Positions 18,405 through 28,795 of a stretch of 64,000 bases of DNA are shown one piece after another (position 1 is the stretch's first letter; each line of letters opens with the position of its first letter). A model generated the notes under the pieces. It saw only the letters and a list, made by a program, of their open reading frames with translations, made no database searches and was not told the DNA's origin. The DNA comes from Candidatus Elulimicrobium sp. (GTDB lineage Bacteria > Omnitrophota > Gorgyraeia > Zapsychrales > Fredricksoniimonadaceae), in assembly GCA_020720365.1 (NCBI GenBank), contig DYOU01000001.1, forward strand, positions 32,459 to 96,458, read 5' to 3'. Made by a program: the position numbers and the translations under genes.

Positions 18405-19511
18405 GTGATTCAACCGCTTTCTGTGTATGTCCATATTCCTTTTTGTAAAAAGAAATGTCCCTATTGTTCGTTCGCAGTGGCTGTTGGCCAAGGGCATTAT
18501 GAGAAAGATTATTTAGCCGCGATCGATCGTGAGGCCATGTCGTATGGGGCTCGGGTTTCTACAGTTTATATTGGCGGCGGCACCCCGTCATGTTTGTCTC
18601 AGGAAGGGGTGGAGTATTTGTTCGCAAGTATCTTTCAGCGGTTTACAGTAGTTGAGAATGTTGAAATTTCTTTTGAAGTGAATCCTGACAGCATAGATCG
18701 CAAGAAGGCCGCGTTGTTAAAGAAAGCCGGAGTGAATCGTATCAGCCTCGGCCTGCAATCTCTGGACGATGATGCGTTGGTATTATTGGGGCGGACACAC
18801 TCTGCTGATGATGCGTTGCGGGCATTGGGGATTTTACGTGAAGCCGGTTTTGATAATATTAATCTTGATTTCATGTATGGTTATCCCGGGCAGAGTCGAG
18901 AGGGCGTAAGGAAAGATCTCTATCGTGTTTTGGCGCTGGGCTGTGAGCATTTGTCATTGTACGCGCTTAACATTGAAGAGCGCAGCCTTTTTTTTGCCCG
19001 GCGCGTGGAGGTAGATAATGACGCGCAAGGTGAGCTTTATGGAGAAGTTTGCGGGCAGGCAGAGGCTGCCGGTGTTTATCAATATGAGGTGAGTAATTTT
19101 TCCCGCCCGGGCTATGAGTCCCGTCATAATTCAAACTACTGGCAGGGAGGCGAATATGCGGGCCTGGGCCTGTCGGCTCATTCGCATATAGCCGGAGAGC
19201 GGTTCTGGAACGCCGCGGCATTGCCGGAGTATTTACAGCTAATGAAAGTGTCTGGAACGGCCAGGGTCGGCGGAGAGCGGCTTTCAGGCCCCGAGAAACT
19301 TGTTGAAGAATTCCTTTTCGCCCTTAGAATGAATAAAGGCTGCGACCTGGGAGCGCTGGAAATAAGGTTTGGTTCTGAAATGCCGATGGAGAAGAAAGAA
19401 ACCCTGGAAAGTTTGATCGAAATGGGCTTGCTTGAGGAAGAGGGCATGCTGATCCGGGCGACACCTCGGGGACGCTTGCTTCTCGATGAGATCGCGGCTA
19501 GGATTATTTAG
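18405..19511 (+). CDS. hemW: Radical SAM heme chaperone HemW
   Basis: YVHIPFCKKKCPYC, GGGTPS, YEVSNF, HNSNYW. Confidence 0.9.
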   Translation: MIQPLSVYVHIPFCKKKCPYCSFAVAVGQGHYEKDYLAAIDREAMSYGARVSTVYIGGGTPSCLSQEGVEYLFASIFQRFTVVENVEISFEVNPDSIDRKKAALLKKAGVNRISLGLQSLDDDALVLLGRTHSADDALRALGILREAGFDNINLDFMYGYPGQSREGVRKDLYRVLALGCEHLSLYALNIEERSLFFARRVEVDNDAQGELYGEVCGQAEAAGVYQYEVSNFSRPGYESRHNSNYWQGGEYAGLGLSAHSHIAGERFWNAAALPEYLQLMKVSGTARVGGERLSGPEKLVEEFLFALRMNKGCDLGALEIRFGSEMPMEKKETLESLIEMGLLEEEGMLIRATPRGRLLLDEIAARII

Positions 19512-19519
19512 GAGAGGGC

Positions 19520-20575
19520 ATGAAACTTTTAGGTAAGATCCTGATTGTGCTAATCGTGTTATGCGTGATAGCCGCTGCCGCCTTGCGCTTGGCCGCGGCG
19601 GACCCCCGGCTGATGAGCGCGGCTTTACGCTGGGCGGCATCCAGGTATTGTAAATCCGTTCAAGTGCAGGATATAACGATTGCTTCCCTGAAATACGCGT
19701 TTCCATCGTCCTGGGTATTGAGCGATGTGCGCGTGCGGCTGGTCCTGAACGCGCAGGTGCTGGAGATCCGCGCGGCGGGGGCGGATTTTCGGGATTTGCG
19801 GCAATTGTTAATCATCGGGGAAAAAGCTGCCGTTGATCTGAAAGGAGTAAGTGTTTTGTACGGAAAATTGAATGCCGGGCCGTGCGCGTTGAGGGCGGTC
19901 GTTACTCGTTCATCTTCCGGCATAAGCGCTGAAGGAGTTGTGTCCGTGGTGGAAATTTCATGGGACCAGTGGAAGGCGCGAGCGGTGAGCGCGGTGTGGG
20001 CGGGAGATACAGCTTCGCTGGTCTTGCATGAAGGCTTGGCGGATGTCTATGGCGGAAAGTTATCTGTTGTTGGAAAAGTGATGTTCAGAGATTCGCTGGA
20101 ATATGAGGCGGCTGTTTCATTGAAGGGAGGGGATGCGGTTGAGCTTGAACGGGCGCTGGGCCGGGATGCGCGGGAATTTTCCGGAAGGTTATCAGGGTAT
20201 GGAAAAGTGCATGGCCTGGGAGATCGTATTGATGTTCTGGATGCGGCGCTGGATATGCCGGCGGGAGGGGAAGTCAGCGCGGCATTTCTGTCCCTGATCT
20301 CTTCGTATCTTCCGTCTTCAGCCCAGAAGAAGAAGTTGGACGCTTTGATTGATTCAGGCGGAAGGCTTGCAGTTGAGGTTTTTTCGTTTACAATAAAGAA
20401 TGATGCGCCAGATCGTTTGAGCGGAAAGATTGGCCTCAAAAGCCGCGAAGCCAATATTGAATTGAATATAGCGCATGAGATCAGGGTGGATGCCAGGGTA
20501 GACTCCCTGCTTCGGACGTGGCAGCTGTTTATGGATTCATGGCAGAAAGTTCCCAAACCAGTTAAGGGCTCATAA
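19520..20575 (+). CDS. AsmA-like/YdbH-like envelope protein
   Basis: N-terminal TM then beta-rich body; precedes ynbE- and ydbL-like genes. Confidence 0.6.
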   Translation: MKLLGKILIVLIVLCVIAAAALRLAAADPRLMSAALRWAASRYCKSVQVQDITIASLKYAFPSSWVLSDVRVRLVLNAQVLEIRAAGADFRDLRQLLIIGEKAAVDLKGVSVLYGKLNAGPCALRAVVTRSSSGISAEGVVSVVEISWDQWKARAVSAVWAGDTASLVLHEGLADVYGGKLSVVGKVMFRDSLEYEAAVSLKGGDAVELERALGRDAREFSGRLSGYGKVHGLGDRIDVLDAALDMPAGGEVSAAFLSLISSYLPSSAQKKKLDALIDSGGRLAVEVFSFTIKNDAPDRLSGKIGLKSREANIELNIAHEIRVDARVDSLLRTWQLFMDSWQKVPKPVKGS

Positions 20576-20613
20576 TGGGCCCGGGGTTATGCGGGGATAG
20601 ATAAGGAGATCGA

Positions 20614-20784
20614 ATGATACAATTGCTGGCGGGATTCATGGTGGTATTGTTTTGCTCGGGATGTACGGTCAAGGCTGTGGGCGATCCCAATCGCCCGATC
20701 ACGATCAATGCGCATATTACGATCGATATCAAGGGGCTTGAAAAGACAGCTTCGAGCATGGAAGATTTTGTGAGCGGCAGTTAA
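20614..20784 (+). CDS. YnbE-like lipoprotein
   Basis: Not in track: MIQLLAGFMVVLFCSGCTVKAVGDPNRPITINAHITIDIKGLEKTASSMEDFVSGS; lipobox-like CSGC; SD AAGGAG. Confidence 0.8.
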   Translation: MIQLLAGFMVVLFCSGCTVKAVGDPNRPITINAHITIDIKGLEKTASSMEDFVSGS

Positions 20785-20807
20785 TAACTTTTATGAAAGG
20801 TTGAGTT

Positions 20808-21203
20808 ATGAAAAAGATATGGACAGGTTGTTTGATGGCGGTATTGGTTTCATCGGTGGCATTGGCCCAGGGTGCGTATGACATCAAGGAAATGACGCCG
20901 GCAGTCAAGTCGGCGCTGGAAAGCCGTAAGGCCCGCTTTACTGAATTGAAAGCGCTGAAAGCACAGGGGTCCGTGGGCGAGAATAATCGTGGATATGTTC
21001 AGGCCTTGAGCGACGCGGCTGAAGTTAAAGCGTTGGTTAAAGCCGAGAATGTGGACCGCAAGTTTGTTTATGAAGCGATCATCGAGCAGAACGGGCTGGA
21101 TGCCGGTGTTCTGGAGACTGTTGAAAAAGTATTTGCCCGTGTTCAGCGGGAAAAAGCCGGCGGCGGTGAAAAAGTTCAGGATGAGGCCGGTGGCTGGAAT
21201 TAA
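20808..21203 (+). CDS. YdbL/DUF1318 family exported protein
   Basis: Signal peptide, LKAQGSVGENNRGY, ENVDR, VQDEAGGW. Confidence 0.85.
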   Translation: MKKIWTGCLMAVLVSSVALAQGAYDIKEMTPAVKSALESRKARFTELKALKAQGSVGENNRGYVQALSDAAEVKALVKAENVDRKFVYEAIIEQNGLDAGVLETVEKVFARVQREKAGGGEKVQDEAGGWN

Positions 21204-22279
21204 TTTTTACGGTATCTGCCTGCGATCGTTGTGGACTGGTCAAAGAATTTAAATAATGCTTCTCCGACCAGTTCTTTGTACGGCGGAGTTATTTTGAGTG
21301 TCGCCAGGATCTTCTTGGCTTTGGTGATACGGGTATCCACTGCTTCCAGAGCGTAGTGCAGGCTTCCGGCCTTGATCACCAGTGCTTTTATGGCTTCCTG
21401 GTCGGTCAGGTTCTTTTTGGTTTTCAGGAATATCCGGGTCATGGCCGTCAGGTCCCGGCCTTTCAGACCGGCGTAGGCATGCACGATCAAAAGCGTTTTC
21501 TTTTGTTCATCCAGGTCGCTCAGGATCGATTTTCCAATCGCCTCTTCTGTTTCAAATAAACCGATAATATCATCCTGGATCTGGAAAGCCTGGCCAATGC
21601 AAAGGCCGAAGGCGGCAAGTTTAGGGATTTCGCTCTTAGGGGCGCCGGCCAGGATAGCGCCTGTGACCAGCGGGCAATCGAAGGTGTAGCGAGCTGTCTT
21701 GAGTGAATAATTCAGAAAGACGTCTTCTTCTTTAATATTCTTTAGTTCGTCTACGCCGTGAACAGTATCGACGAATTCGCCCATGGCCGTGAAAGCGGCG
21801 GTTTGAATAAAATATTTCAGCGCGGCTTCTTTACGCTGGGGATCTTCTTTGATCGACAGGAAGGCGTCGATCGCAAGGGCGTAGACAATATCGCCGGCGA
21901 TAATGGCAAGATCGACCCCCAATTTATTCGGGTTAGCGCACGGGACGGTCGCATTGAGGACGCGGTGCATGGTCGGTTTACCGCGCCGCAGGTCAGCGCA
22001 GTCAATAATATCGTCGTGGATCAGCATAAAATTATGCAGGAACTCGATACAAGTAGAGGCGTTATACAGTGAGCGAGAGGGTTTTTTCCCTTTGGGTGAA
22101 TAGCCCAGATATCCCAGAAGCAGCAGGATCGGGCGGATGCGTTTGCCTTCGCGCAAGGAGAATTCCCGGATACTTTTGAATAGCAGCGGATCGACCAGAT
22201 GCAGTTTGTAATCTTTAGCAACATGGTCAAGAAAAAGGCCGATGCTGATATCAATTTCTTTCTTGAAGGTCGTAAGCAT
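21200..22279 (-). CDS. Polyprenyl diphosphate synthase (GGPP synthase type)
   Basis: GKRIRP, LIHDDIID..RRG, KTA, FQIQDD. Confidence 0.92.
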   Translation of the reverse strand: MLTTFKKEIDISIGLFLDHVAKDYKLHLVDPLLFKSIREFSLREGKRIRPILLLLGYLGYSPKGKKPSRSLYNASTCIEFLHNFMLIHDDIIDCADLRRGKPTMHRVLNATVPCANPNKLGVDLAIIAGDIVYALAIDAFLSIKEDPQRKEAALKYFIQTAAFTAMGEFVDTVHGVDELKNIKEEDVFLNYSLKTARYTFDCPLVTGAILAGAPKSEIPKLAAFGLCIGQAFQIQDDIIGLFETEEAIGKSILSDLDEQKKTLLIVHAYAGLKGRDLTAMTRIFLKTKKNLTDQEAIKALVIKAGSLHYALEAVDTRITKAKKILATLKITPPYKELVGEALFKFFDQSTTIAGRYRKN

Positions 22280-22405
22280 AAAAGTCCTTGAGGTTAGGGA
22301 TTATTTTCTTGCTTCATAACATAGCGGAATCCTGGAATATGTGATAGGATAATTTTCAAGTTTGAAAAATTCATGGATGCGACCTGTTAACCTTGGAGGG
22401 GTGAG

Positions 22406-23002
22406 ATGAAGAAATGTTCGTTATTTATCCTGTTTTTATTGATGTCTGCGGCGGCGAATGCCGAGACGGTTTATTTGAAGAGCGGCTCAACGGCGACGGG
22501 AAAGATCGTTGATAAAAGAGAGTCGAGTATTGTCCTGGATATCGGCGGGGCAACAGTGACGTATTATAATGATGAGATCGACCGTATCGATGAAGGGGGT
22601 GCGCCTGCCGCGGCTGTAGCTGAGTCTCCCGTTAGTGCGCCGGCTGGTTCCATTAGTACTATGAAGCGCGATCTTATCCTGAAGTTTATTGATGTGTTTG
22701 GAACGCATTCGAGCATGAAAGCCAATTTTGAGCAGATGATGGCTTCGATCGGCGTTGAGGAGGCGGATAAACTTCGCAGCGCATTCGACGTAGACGAGAT
22801 CATTGAGCTTCTCGTTCCTTTATATGATCGTTATATGTCAGAGAGCGATCTGCGCGCGTATATTGCTTTTTACGGGTCTGCCGATGGCAGGAAGCTGGTT
22901 GAGGCGATCCCGCAGATCATGCGCGGCAGCGTTGAGATCAGCGCCAAGTATTTTGAAGAGCGTATGCCTGAGGAATTCAAGAAGGGCGCGGCAGCCAAGT
23001 AA
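22406..23002 (+). CDS. Exported DUF2059-like protein
   Basis: Signal peptide; YDRYMSESDLRAYIAFYGSADGRKL. Confidence 0.75.
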   Translation: MKKCSLFILFLLMSAAANAETVYLKSGSTATGKIVDKRESSIVLDIGGATVTYYNDEIDRIDEGGAPAAAVAESPVSAPAGSISTMKRDLILKFIDVFGTHSSMKANFEQMMASIGVEEADKLRSAFDVDEIIELLVPLYDRYMSESDLRAYIAFYGSADGRKLVEAIPQIMRGSVEISAKYFEERMPEEFKKGAAAK

Positions 23003-23065
23003 GCTTTTCAAAGAGCTATAAATTATTTAATTTCAACTACTTGCATCTTTACAGTTAAATTGTAT

Positions 23066-23094
23066 TTGATTTTGTTCATCTCCTTTGTTATATT
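23066..23094 (+). promoter_or_regulatory. Promoter of the pur operon
   Basis: TTGATT-N17-TATATT with TG extension. Confidence 0.55.
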
Positions 23095-23143
23095 AAGCGG
23101 CGATTTTTTTGTGCCCTTAATTTAATAATAAGGAGATTTTTTT

Positions 23144-24439
23144 ATGATTGATAGGTACACTCTTTCCAAGATGGGTCGTATTTGGTCTGAGCAGCGGAAG
23201 CTTGAGATCATGCTGCAGATCGAAGTCCTTGCCTGTGAGGCCATGTGTCAGCTTGGCAAGATCCCTAAACCAGCCCTGGAGAAGATCAAAAAAAATGCTA
23301 AATTCGACCTCGATGAGGTGAAGCGGATAGAAGAGCGGACCAAGCACGATGTTGTCGCGTTCATTCACAATGTCGGTGAGAATATCGGAGCGGAAGCGCA
23401 GTACCTTCATATGGGGATGACATCTTCTGATCTGATCGACACATCCATATCTGTTCAATGCGTGGAAGCGTCTGAGATCCTGATCGCGGATATGAAAAAA
23501 CTTCAGGCGATCTTGAAAGCTAAAGCCAAGAAGTACAAGGATACGGTTTGTATTGCCCGTACCCACGGTGTGCATGCCGAGCCAATGACGTTCGGATTGA
23601 AATTGGCGCTCTGGTATGACGAAGTTGGCCGTAATCTCAAGCGCCTGGAAGCGGCTGCGGAAGATATGCGCGTGGGTAAACTTTCCGGCGCTGTTGGTAC
23701 GTATGCGAATATTGATCCGTTTGTAGAGGAGTATGTATGCCAGAAGTTGAATTTAAGGCCCGCCAATATCGCGACTCAGGTCATACAGCGCGATCATCAT
23801 GCGAATTTTCTTAACGTCATTGCGCTGGTAGGCGCTTCGCTTAGCAAATTTGCTACCGAGATCCGTTTGCTTCAGAAGACAGAGGTGCTTGAGGTTGAAG
23901 AGCCTTTCTTTAAAGGCCAGATCGGCTCATCGGCGATGCCGCATAAGCGTAACCCGGTGACCTGTGAACGTATTTGCGGGTTGGCGCGTATCTTGAAAGC
24001 TAATGCGTCGATCGGACTGGATAATATCGCTCTGTGGCATGAACGCGATATCAGCCATAGTTCTGCCGAGCGTATTATTCTCCCGGATAGCACCATTGCC
24101 CTGGATTATATGCTCAACAAATTCATTCCTCTGGTTGACGGCCTGCTGGTTTATCCGAAGAATATGATCAATTCGCTGCAGTTGACGCGCGGACTGATCT
24201 ATTCTCAGCGCTGCCTTCTGGAATTAATGAAGAAAGGCTTGGCACGCAGTGAGGCCTATGAGATTATTCAAAGCGCGGCTATGCAGGTTTGGCAGGAGAC
24301 GTCGGATTTTCGAGATGTCCTTAATCGTGACCGTCGTGTGCGTAAGTATTTGAGCAAAGATGAGGTAGATGCGTGTTTTGATATTAAATATTATATTAAA
24401 CACCGTGATTATGTTTTCAAACGCGTCGGGATCAAATAA
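23144..24439 (+). CDS. purB: Adenylosuccinate lyase
   Basis: RTHGVHAEP, GSSAMPHKRNP. Confidence 0.97.
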   Translation: MIDRYTLSKMGRIWSEQRKLEIMLQIEVLACEAMCQLGKIPKPALEKIKKNAKFDLDEVKRIEERTKHDVVAFIHNVGENIGAEAQYLHMGMTSSDLIDTSISVQCVEASEILIADMKKLQAILKAKAKKYKDTVCIARTHGVHAEPMTFGLKLALWYDEVGRNLKRLEAAAEDMRVGKLSGAVGTYANIDPFVEEYVCQKLNLRPANIATQVIQRDHHANFLNVIALVGASLSKFATEIRLLQKTEVLEVEEPFFKGQIGSSAMPHKRNPVTCERICGLARILKANASIGLDNIALWHERDISHSSAERIILPDSTIALDYMLNKFIPLVDGLLVYPKNMINSLQLTRGLIYSQRCLLELMKKGLARSEAYEIIQSAAMQVWQETSDFRDVLNRDRRVRKYLSKDEVDACFDIKYYIKHRDYVFKRVGIK

Positions 24440-24479
24440 GGTTCAGCTTATTAGCGGTTTGTTCATTAATGAGGGATCT

Positions 24480-25187
24480 ATGGAAAAGAGAGAGAAGCTC
24501 TACGAAGGTAAAGCAAAAATTCTTTACGCGACGGATCATCCGGACCTGGTCATTCAGTATTTCAAGGATGATGCGACGGCTTTTAATGCCAAGAAGAAGG
24601 GCACTGTTGATGAAAAAGGCATTATGAACAACGGGATCTCCGCGAAGATTTTTGAGTATCTCGGGGCGAATGGCGTGCCGACTCACTTTGAGAAGCAGTT
24701 AAGTGACCGGGAAATGCTGGTAAAGAAAGTTCAGATCGTTCCTGTTGAAGTTATTATTCGTAATCGTGCGGCGGGATCGTTGTGCCGTAATTACGGGGCT
24801 GTTGAAGGTAAGGTTCTTTCTCGTCCGATCTATGAGTTGTGTTACAAGAATGATGCGTACAATGACCCTCTGATGAATGAAGATCATGTCATTACGCTGG
24901 ATCTGGCGACGGATGCGGAATTGGCGGATATGAAGAAGATCACGTTTCAGGTGAATGAGCTGTTAAAGAAGTTTTTTCTGGCACTGAATATCGAGTTGAT
25001 CGATTTCAAGATCGAATTCGGCCGTTATAAGGGAAAGATCATTCTGGCCGATGAAATATCCCCGGATACGTGCCGCCTCTGGGAAGTGGGTACTGGAGTG
25101 CGCCTGGATAAGGATCGTTTTCGTAATGACCTTGGGAATATCAAGGAAGGTTATCAGGAAGTATTAAAACGGGTTACGCATAAATGA
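24480..25187 (+). CDS. purC: SAICAR synthetase
   Basis: LYEGKAK, DFKIEFG, LADEISPDTCRLW; start moved to 24480. Confidence 0.96.
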   Translation: MEKREKLYEGKAKILYATDHPDLVIQYFKDDATAFNAKKKGTVDEKGIMNNGISAKIFEYLGANGVPTHFEKQLSDREMLVKKVQIVPVEVIIRNRAAGSLCRNYGAVEGKVLSRPIYELCYKNDAYNDPLMNEDHVITLDLATDAELADMKKITFQVNELLKKFFLALNIELIDFKIEFGRYKGKIILADEISPDTCRLWEVGTGVRLDKDRFRNDLGNIKEGYQEVLKRVTHK

Positions 25188-28093
25188 TCTGGCGCATTGA
25201 GATCCAGGAAAAGCCGGGCATTTTTGATTCGGTTGGCAATGGTATCCGTCATGATATCCTGGATATGGGCGTTGCTTCTGTTCAAGCTGTGCGCGTGGTG
25301 CAGGTTTTTCTGATCGAGGGAGACATTGACGCCCGGAAAGCCGGGCGTATCTGCCGTGAACTTCTGGTCGATCTTGTCGTTCAGCAATACACTCTTTCAG
25401 ACTGTCCGGTTAAGGCCAGGGCGCACAAAGGCCTGAGTGAAGTGGAGATCGCGTATAATTTAGGCGTGATGGATCCGGTTGAGGCATCGACGCTCAAAGG
25501 TATCCACGACCTTGGTATTAGCGGTGTTACGGCTGTCCGCACAGCGCGTAAATATTTGATCGAAGGGGATTTATCGCCGAAAGAATTGGATATTGTTAAA
25601 GATAAAGTCTTGATGAACAAGCTTGTGCAGCATGTGGTCAAGGACCCCTCCGATTCATTCAGATCGCTTGCGATCAATCGTAAAGAGCCGGCAGCGCCAG
25701 GCCTTCAGCCGGCTTCAGTCAAACTGTTGGGATTGTCGGATAAAGCTTTGATCGAGTTGAGTAAGAAAGGCCAGTTGTACCTGAATCTCGATGAGATGAA
25801 GGCGATCCAGAAACACTTTTCTTCGTTGCAGCGTGAACCGACGGATGTAGAGCTTGAGACGATCGCCCAGACCTGGAGCGAGCATTGTAATCATAAAACC
25901 TTCCGAGGGAATATAGCTTATACATGTCATGAAGATGGCCAGGAAACGACGGAGATTATTCATAATCTGCTGAAACAAACGATCGTTAAGGCGACTCATA
26001 CGTTGAATAAGCCGTGGTGTGTTTCTGTTTTTCATGATAATGCGGGCGTGATCCGATTTGATGACAAGTTTAATGTTTGTTTTAAAGTAGAAACGCACAA
26101 CCATCCTTCGGCCCTGGAGCCTTTTGGCGGGGCCAATACAGGTGTTGGCGGTGTTATTCGTGATATCCTGGGGACGGGCCTTGGCGCCAAGCCGGTATGC
26201 AATACAGATATTTTTTGTTTTGCCCGTCCGGATTATTCTTTTGATAAACTTCCTTCCGGCGCTTTGCATCCGAAGCGTGTGATGAAGGGGGTTGTGAGCG
26301 GGGTGCGTGATTATGGCAACAAGATGGGTATCCCGACTGTGAATGGAGCGATCTGTTTTGATGACCGTTATGTGGGTAATCCACTGGTATTTTGCGGAAC
26401 GGTAGGGATCATTCCCAGGAATATGGACAAGAAGAGGGTCCGGAAAGGCGATCTGATCGTGGTTTGCGGAGGCCGCACAGGGCGCGACGGTATTCACGGC
26501 GCCACTTTTTCCTCGGGTGATCTGACGCATGAATCGGAAGTTGTTTCTTCCGGAGCGGTGCAGATCGGTAATCCTATTGAAGAGAAGAAGGTCCTGGATG
26601 TCCTGCTGAAAGCACGCGATGCAGGGCTTTATACGGCCTTGACGGATTGCGGTGCGGGAGGTTTATCAAGTGCCGTCGGAGAAATGGGTTCTGAGCTTGG
26701 AGCGCGGGTTGACCTTGAACTGGTTCCGTTAAAATACCAGGGGTTGAATTACGCAGAGATATGGATCTCGGAATCCCAGGAACGTATGGTCATGTCGGTT
26801 CCGCCGAAGAATATGGAACGGTTCAAACAGATCTTCGCGGCGGAGAATGTGGATTTTGCGGTGATCGGAAGCTTTCCGGGGACACGCCGCCTTGAGCTTT
26901 TTCTGAATGGCGTGCAGATGGCTGATCTGGACATGGACTTTATGCACAATGGTACGCCCAAGATCACCAAGACAGCGGTCTGGTCTCGTCCGGCGCATAA
27001 GGAAATGAAAGCGGAATGCCCCGTTGACCTGACGGCGAAACTGGTCGAGGTCTTGTCCGATTATAATATATGTTCCAAAGAAGCGATCATCCGCCGTTAC
27101 GACCATGAAGTCCAGGGCGGGAGTGTAGTGAAGCCTTTGGCGGGCCCTGCCTGTGACGGGCCGAGTGATGCCAGTGTCCTTCGTCCGCGGCTTGGTACGG
27201 ATAAGGGGATCGCAGTATCGAATGGGATCAATCCCCGGCTGGGCGCTATTGATCCTTATTGGATGGCGGCGTCCGCGGTGGACGAAGCGATCCGTCAGAT
27301 CATTGCCGTCGGAGGAAATTTGTCGCAGATCGCTCTTCTTGACAATTTCTGCTGGGGGAATCCGGACAAGCCGGATCGCTTGGGCGGCTTGGTACGTGCG
27401 GCGAAGGGGTGTCATGACCTGGCGGTTGCGTATGGCACGCCGTTCATTTCAGGTAAAGACAGTTTTTATAATGAATATAATGATAAAGGCCAGTCTATTG
27501 CTATACCTGGGACTATCCTTATATCTGCGATAGGTATTATGGATGATGTGACCCGATCGGTGACGATGGACCTCAAGCAGGCCGGGAATCTTCTTTATGT
27601 AGCCGGGGTGACGTATGATGAGTGGGGCGGGTCGGCGTATGCCGCCACTTATGGTGTTATCGGCGGCCAGGTACCTGTGGTCCGTTCTCGTGAAGCGCTG
27701 GCCCTTTATGCGGCTTTATCCAAGGCGATCGCAAAAGGGCTGGTAGCGTCTGCCCATGATTGTTCCGAGGGCGGTTTGGCGGTGACAGTGACAGAAATGG
27801 CGTTTGCGGGCGGTTGGGGTGCGGCGTTTCTTGCCAAGAGTATCCCGTATGAAGGCCACGCCAATCGCGATGACATGATCTTGTTCGCTGAATCCAACTC
27901 CCGCCTGGTAGTAGAGGTTGCTCCGGAGCACAAAAAGGCTTTTGAGAGGATCATGAAAGACGTTCCGTGTCAGCTGGCCGGCCAAGTGTTGGTGGATGAA
28001 GCTGTTTTCTTTTATGGCCTTAAAGACAATCTCTGTCTGAAGGCGGATATTCATTCGTTGAAAGAGGTCTGGAAACGGCCGCTGCAATTCTAA
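25184..28093 (+). CDS. purL: FGAM synthase PurL with fused N-terminal PurS-like domains
   Basis: QTWSEHC, KVETHNHPSALEPF, TGRDGIHGA, ISGKDS, HDCSEGG. Confidence 0.95.
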   Translation: MIWRIEIQEKPGIFDSVGNGIRHDILDMGVASVQAVRVVQVFLIEGDIDARKAGRICRELLVDLVVQQYTLSDCPVKARAHKGLSEVEIAYNLGVMDPVEASTLKGIHDLGISGVTAVRTARKYLIEGDLSPKELDIVKDKVLMNKLVQHVVKDPSDSFRSLAINRKEPAAPGLQPASVKLLGLSDKALIELSKKGQLYLNLDEMKAIQKHFSSLQREPTDVELETIAQTWSEHCNHKTFRGNIAYTCHEDGQETTEIIHNLLKQTIVKATHTLNKPWCVSVFHDNAGVIRFDDKFNVCFKVETHNHPSALEPFGGANTGVGGVIRDILGTGLGAKPVCNTDIFCFARPDYSFDKLPSGALHPKRVMKGVVSGVRDYGNKMGIPTVNGAICFDDRYVGNPLVFCGTVGIIPRNMDKKRVRKGDLIVVCGGRTGRDGIHGATFSSGDLTHESEVVSSGAVQIGNPIEEKKVLDVLLKARDAGLYTALTDCGAGGLSSAVGEMGSELGARVDLELVPLKYQGLNYAEIWISESQERMVMSVPPKNMERFKQIFAAENVDFAVIGSFPGTRRLELFLNGVQMADLDMDFMHNGTPKITKTAVWSRPAHKEMKAECPVDLTAKLVEVLSDYNICSKEAIIRRYDHEVQGGSVVKPLAGPACDGPSDASVLRPRLGTDKGIAVSNGINPRLGAIDPYWMAASAVDEAIRQIIAVGGNLSQIALLDNFCWGNPDKPDRLGGLVRAAKGCHDLAVAYGTPFISGKDSFYNEYNDKGQSIAIPGTILISAIGIMDDVTRSVTMDLKQAGNLLYVAGVTYDEWGGSAYAATYGVIGGQVPVVRSREALALYAALSKAIAKGLVASAHDCSEGGLAVTVTEMAFAGGWGAAFLAKSIPYEGHANRDDMILFAESNSRLVVEVAPEHKKAFERIMKDVPCQLAGQVLVDEAVFFYGLKDNLCLKADIHSLKEVWKRPLQF

Positions 28094-28126
28094 TCGGGAT
28101 CAAAAGAAGCTTTAAGAGAGGGTGCT

Positions 28127-28789
28127 ATGGTAAAGAAACCGCATGAAGCAACACCGGATTTCTATGATATGGATCAGTGGCGTATCTTTCGTATCATGGC
28201 AGAATTCGTTGAAGGGTTTGACGGGTTGCATCATGTGAATAATGCTGTCACCATCTTTGGTTCGGCCAGGTTGAAGCCGACGCATAAGATGTATCAGTTG
28301 GCGGAGCAGACGTCCAAGCTGCTTGTGCAGAACGGTTTTGCTGTTATTACTGGCGGCGGCCCGGGGATCATGGAAGCAGGGAACCGCGGGGCGTTCCTGG
28401 CCAAGGGGGAAAGTATCGGCCTGAACATCGAACTGCCTTTTGAGCAGAAGCCGAATCCCTATATCCGTACGCTGATCAATTTTCACTATTTCTTTTGCCG
28501 TAAAGTCATGTTCGTAAAATATGCTAAAGCGGTCGTTGTTTTTCCCGGAGGCTTTGGCACACTGGATGAGCTTTTTGAAAGTCTGACCCTGACCCAGACA
28601 GGCCGCATGCCCAAAGTCCCGGTTATTATGGTGGGCAGTTATTTCTGGAAAGGCCTGCAGGGGTGGATGAAAGAAAGCCTGCTGGGGGAAAGATGTATCG
28701 ACGAGGACGATCTTAAGCTGTATCAGGTTGTGGATGAGCCGGCCGAGGTGGTCAAGATCATTAAGGATTTCTACCGTAAAAAGAAATGA
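28127..28789 (+). CDS. LOG-family nucleotide phosphoribohydrolase
   Basis: TGGGPGIM, YFFCRK, PGGFGTLDE. Confidence 0.9.
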   Translation: MVKKPHEATPDFYDMDQWRIFRIMAEFVEGFDGLHHVNNAVTIFGSARLKPTHKMYQLAEQTSKLLVQNGFAVITGGGPGIMEAGNRGAFLAKGESIGLNIELPFEQKPNPYIRTLINFHYFFCRKVMFVKYAKAVVVFPGGFGTLDELFESLTLTQTGRMPKVPVIMVGSYFWKGLQGWMKESLLGERCIDEDDLKLYQVVDEPAEVVKIIKDFYRKKK

Positions 28790-28795
28790 TGTCCT

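Noticed and set aside
17953-19511. Cys peptide as a RiPP precursor for the neighbouring radical SAM
   Set aside because: The enzyme has HemW signatures (HIPFC, HNxxYW), no SPASM or RRE domain, and is divergently transcribed
23003-23143. Purine, ZTP or PRPP riboswitch before purB
   Set aside because: No consensus recognised; the leader from the predicted promoter is only about 43 nt
25715-27415. Long antisense ORFs inside purL
   Set aside because: Shadow ORFs of a conserved gene
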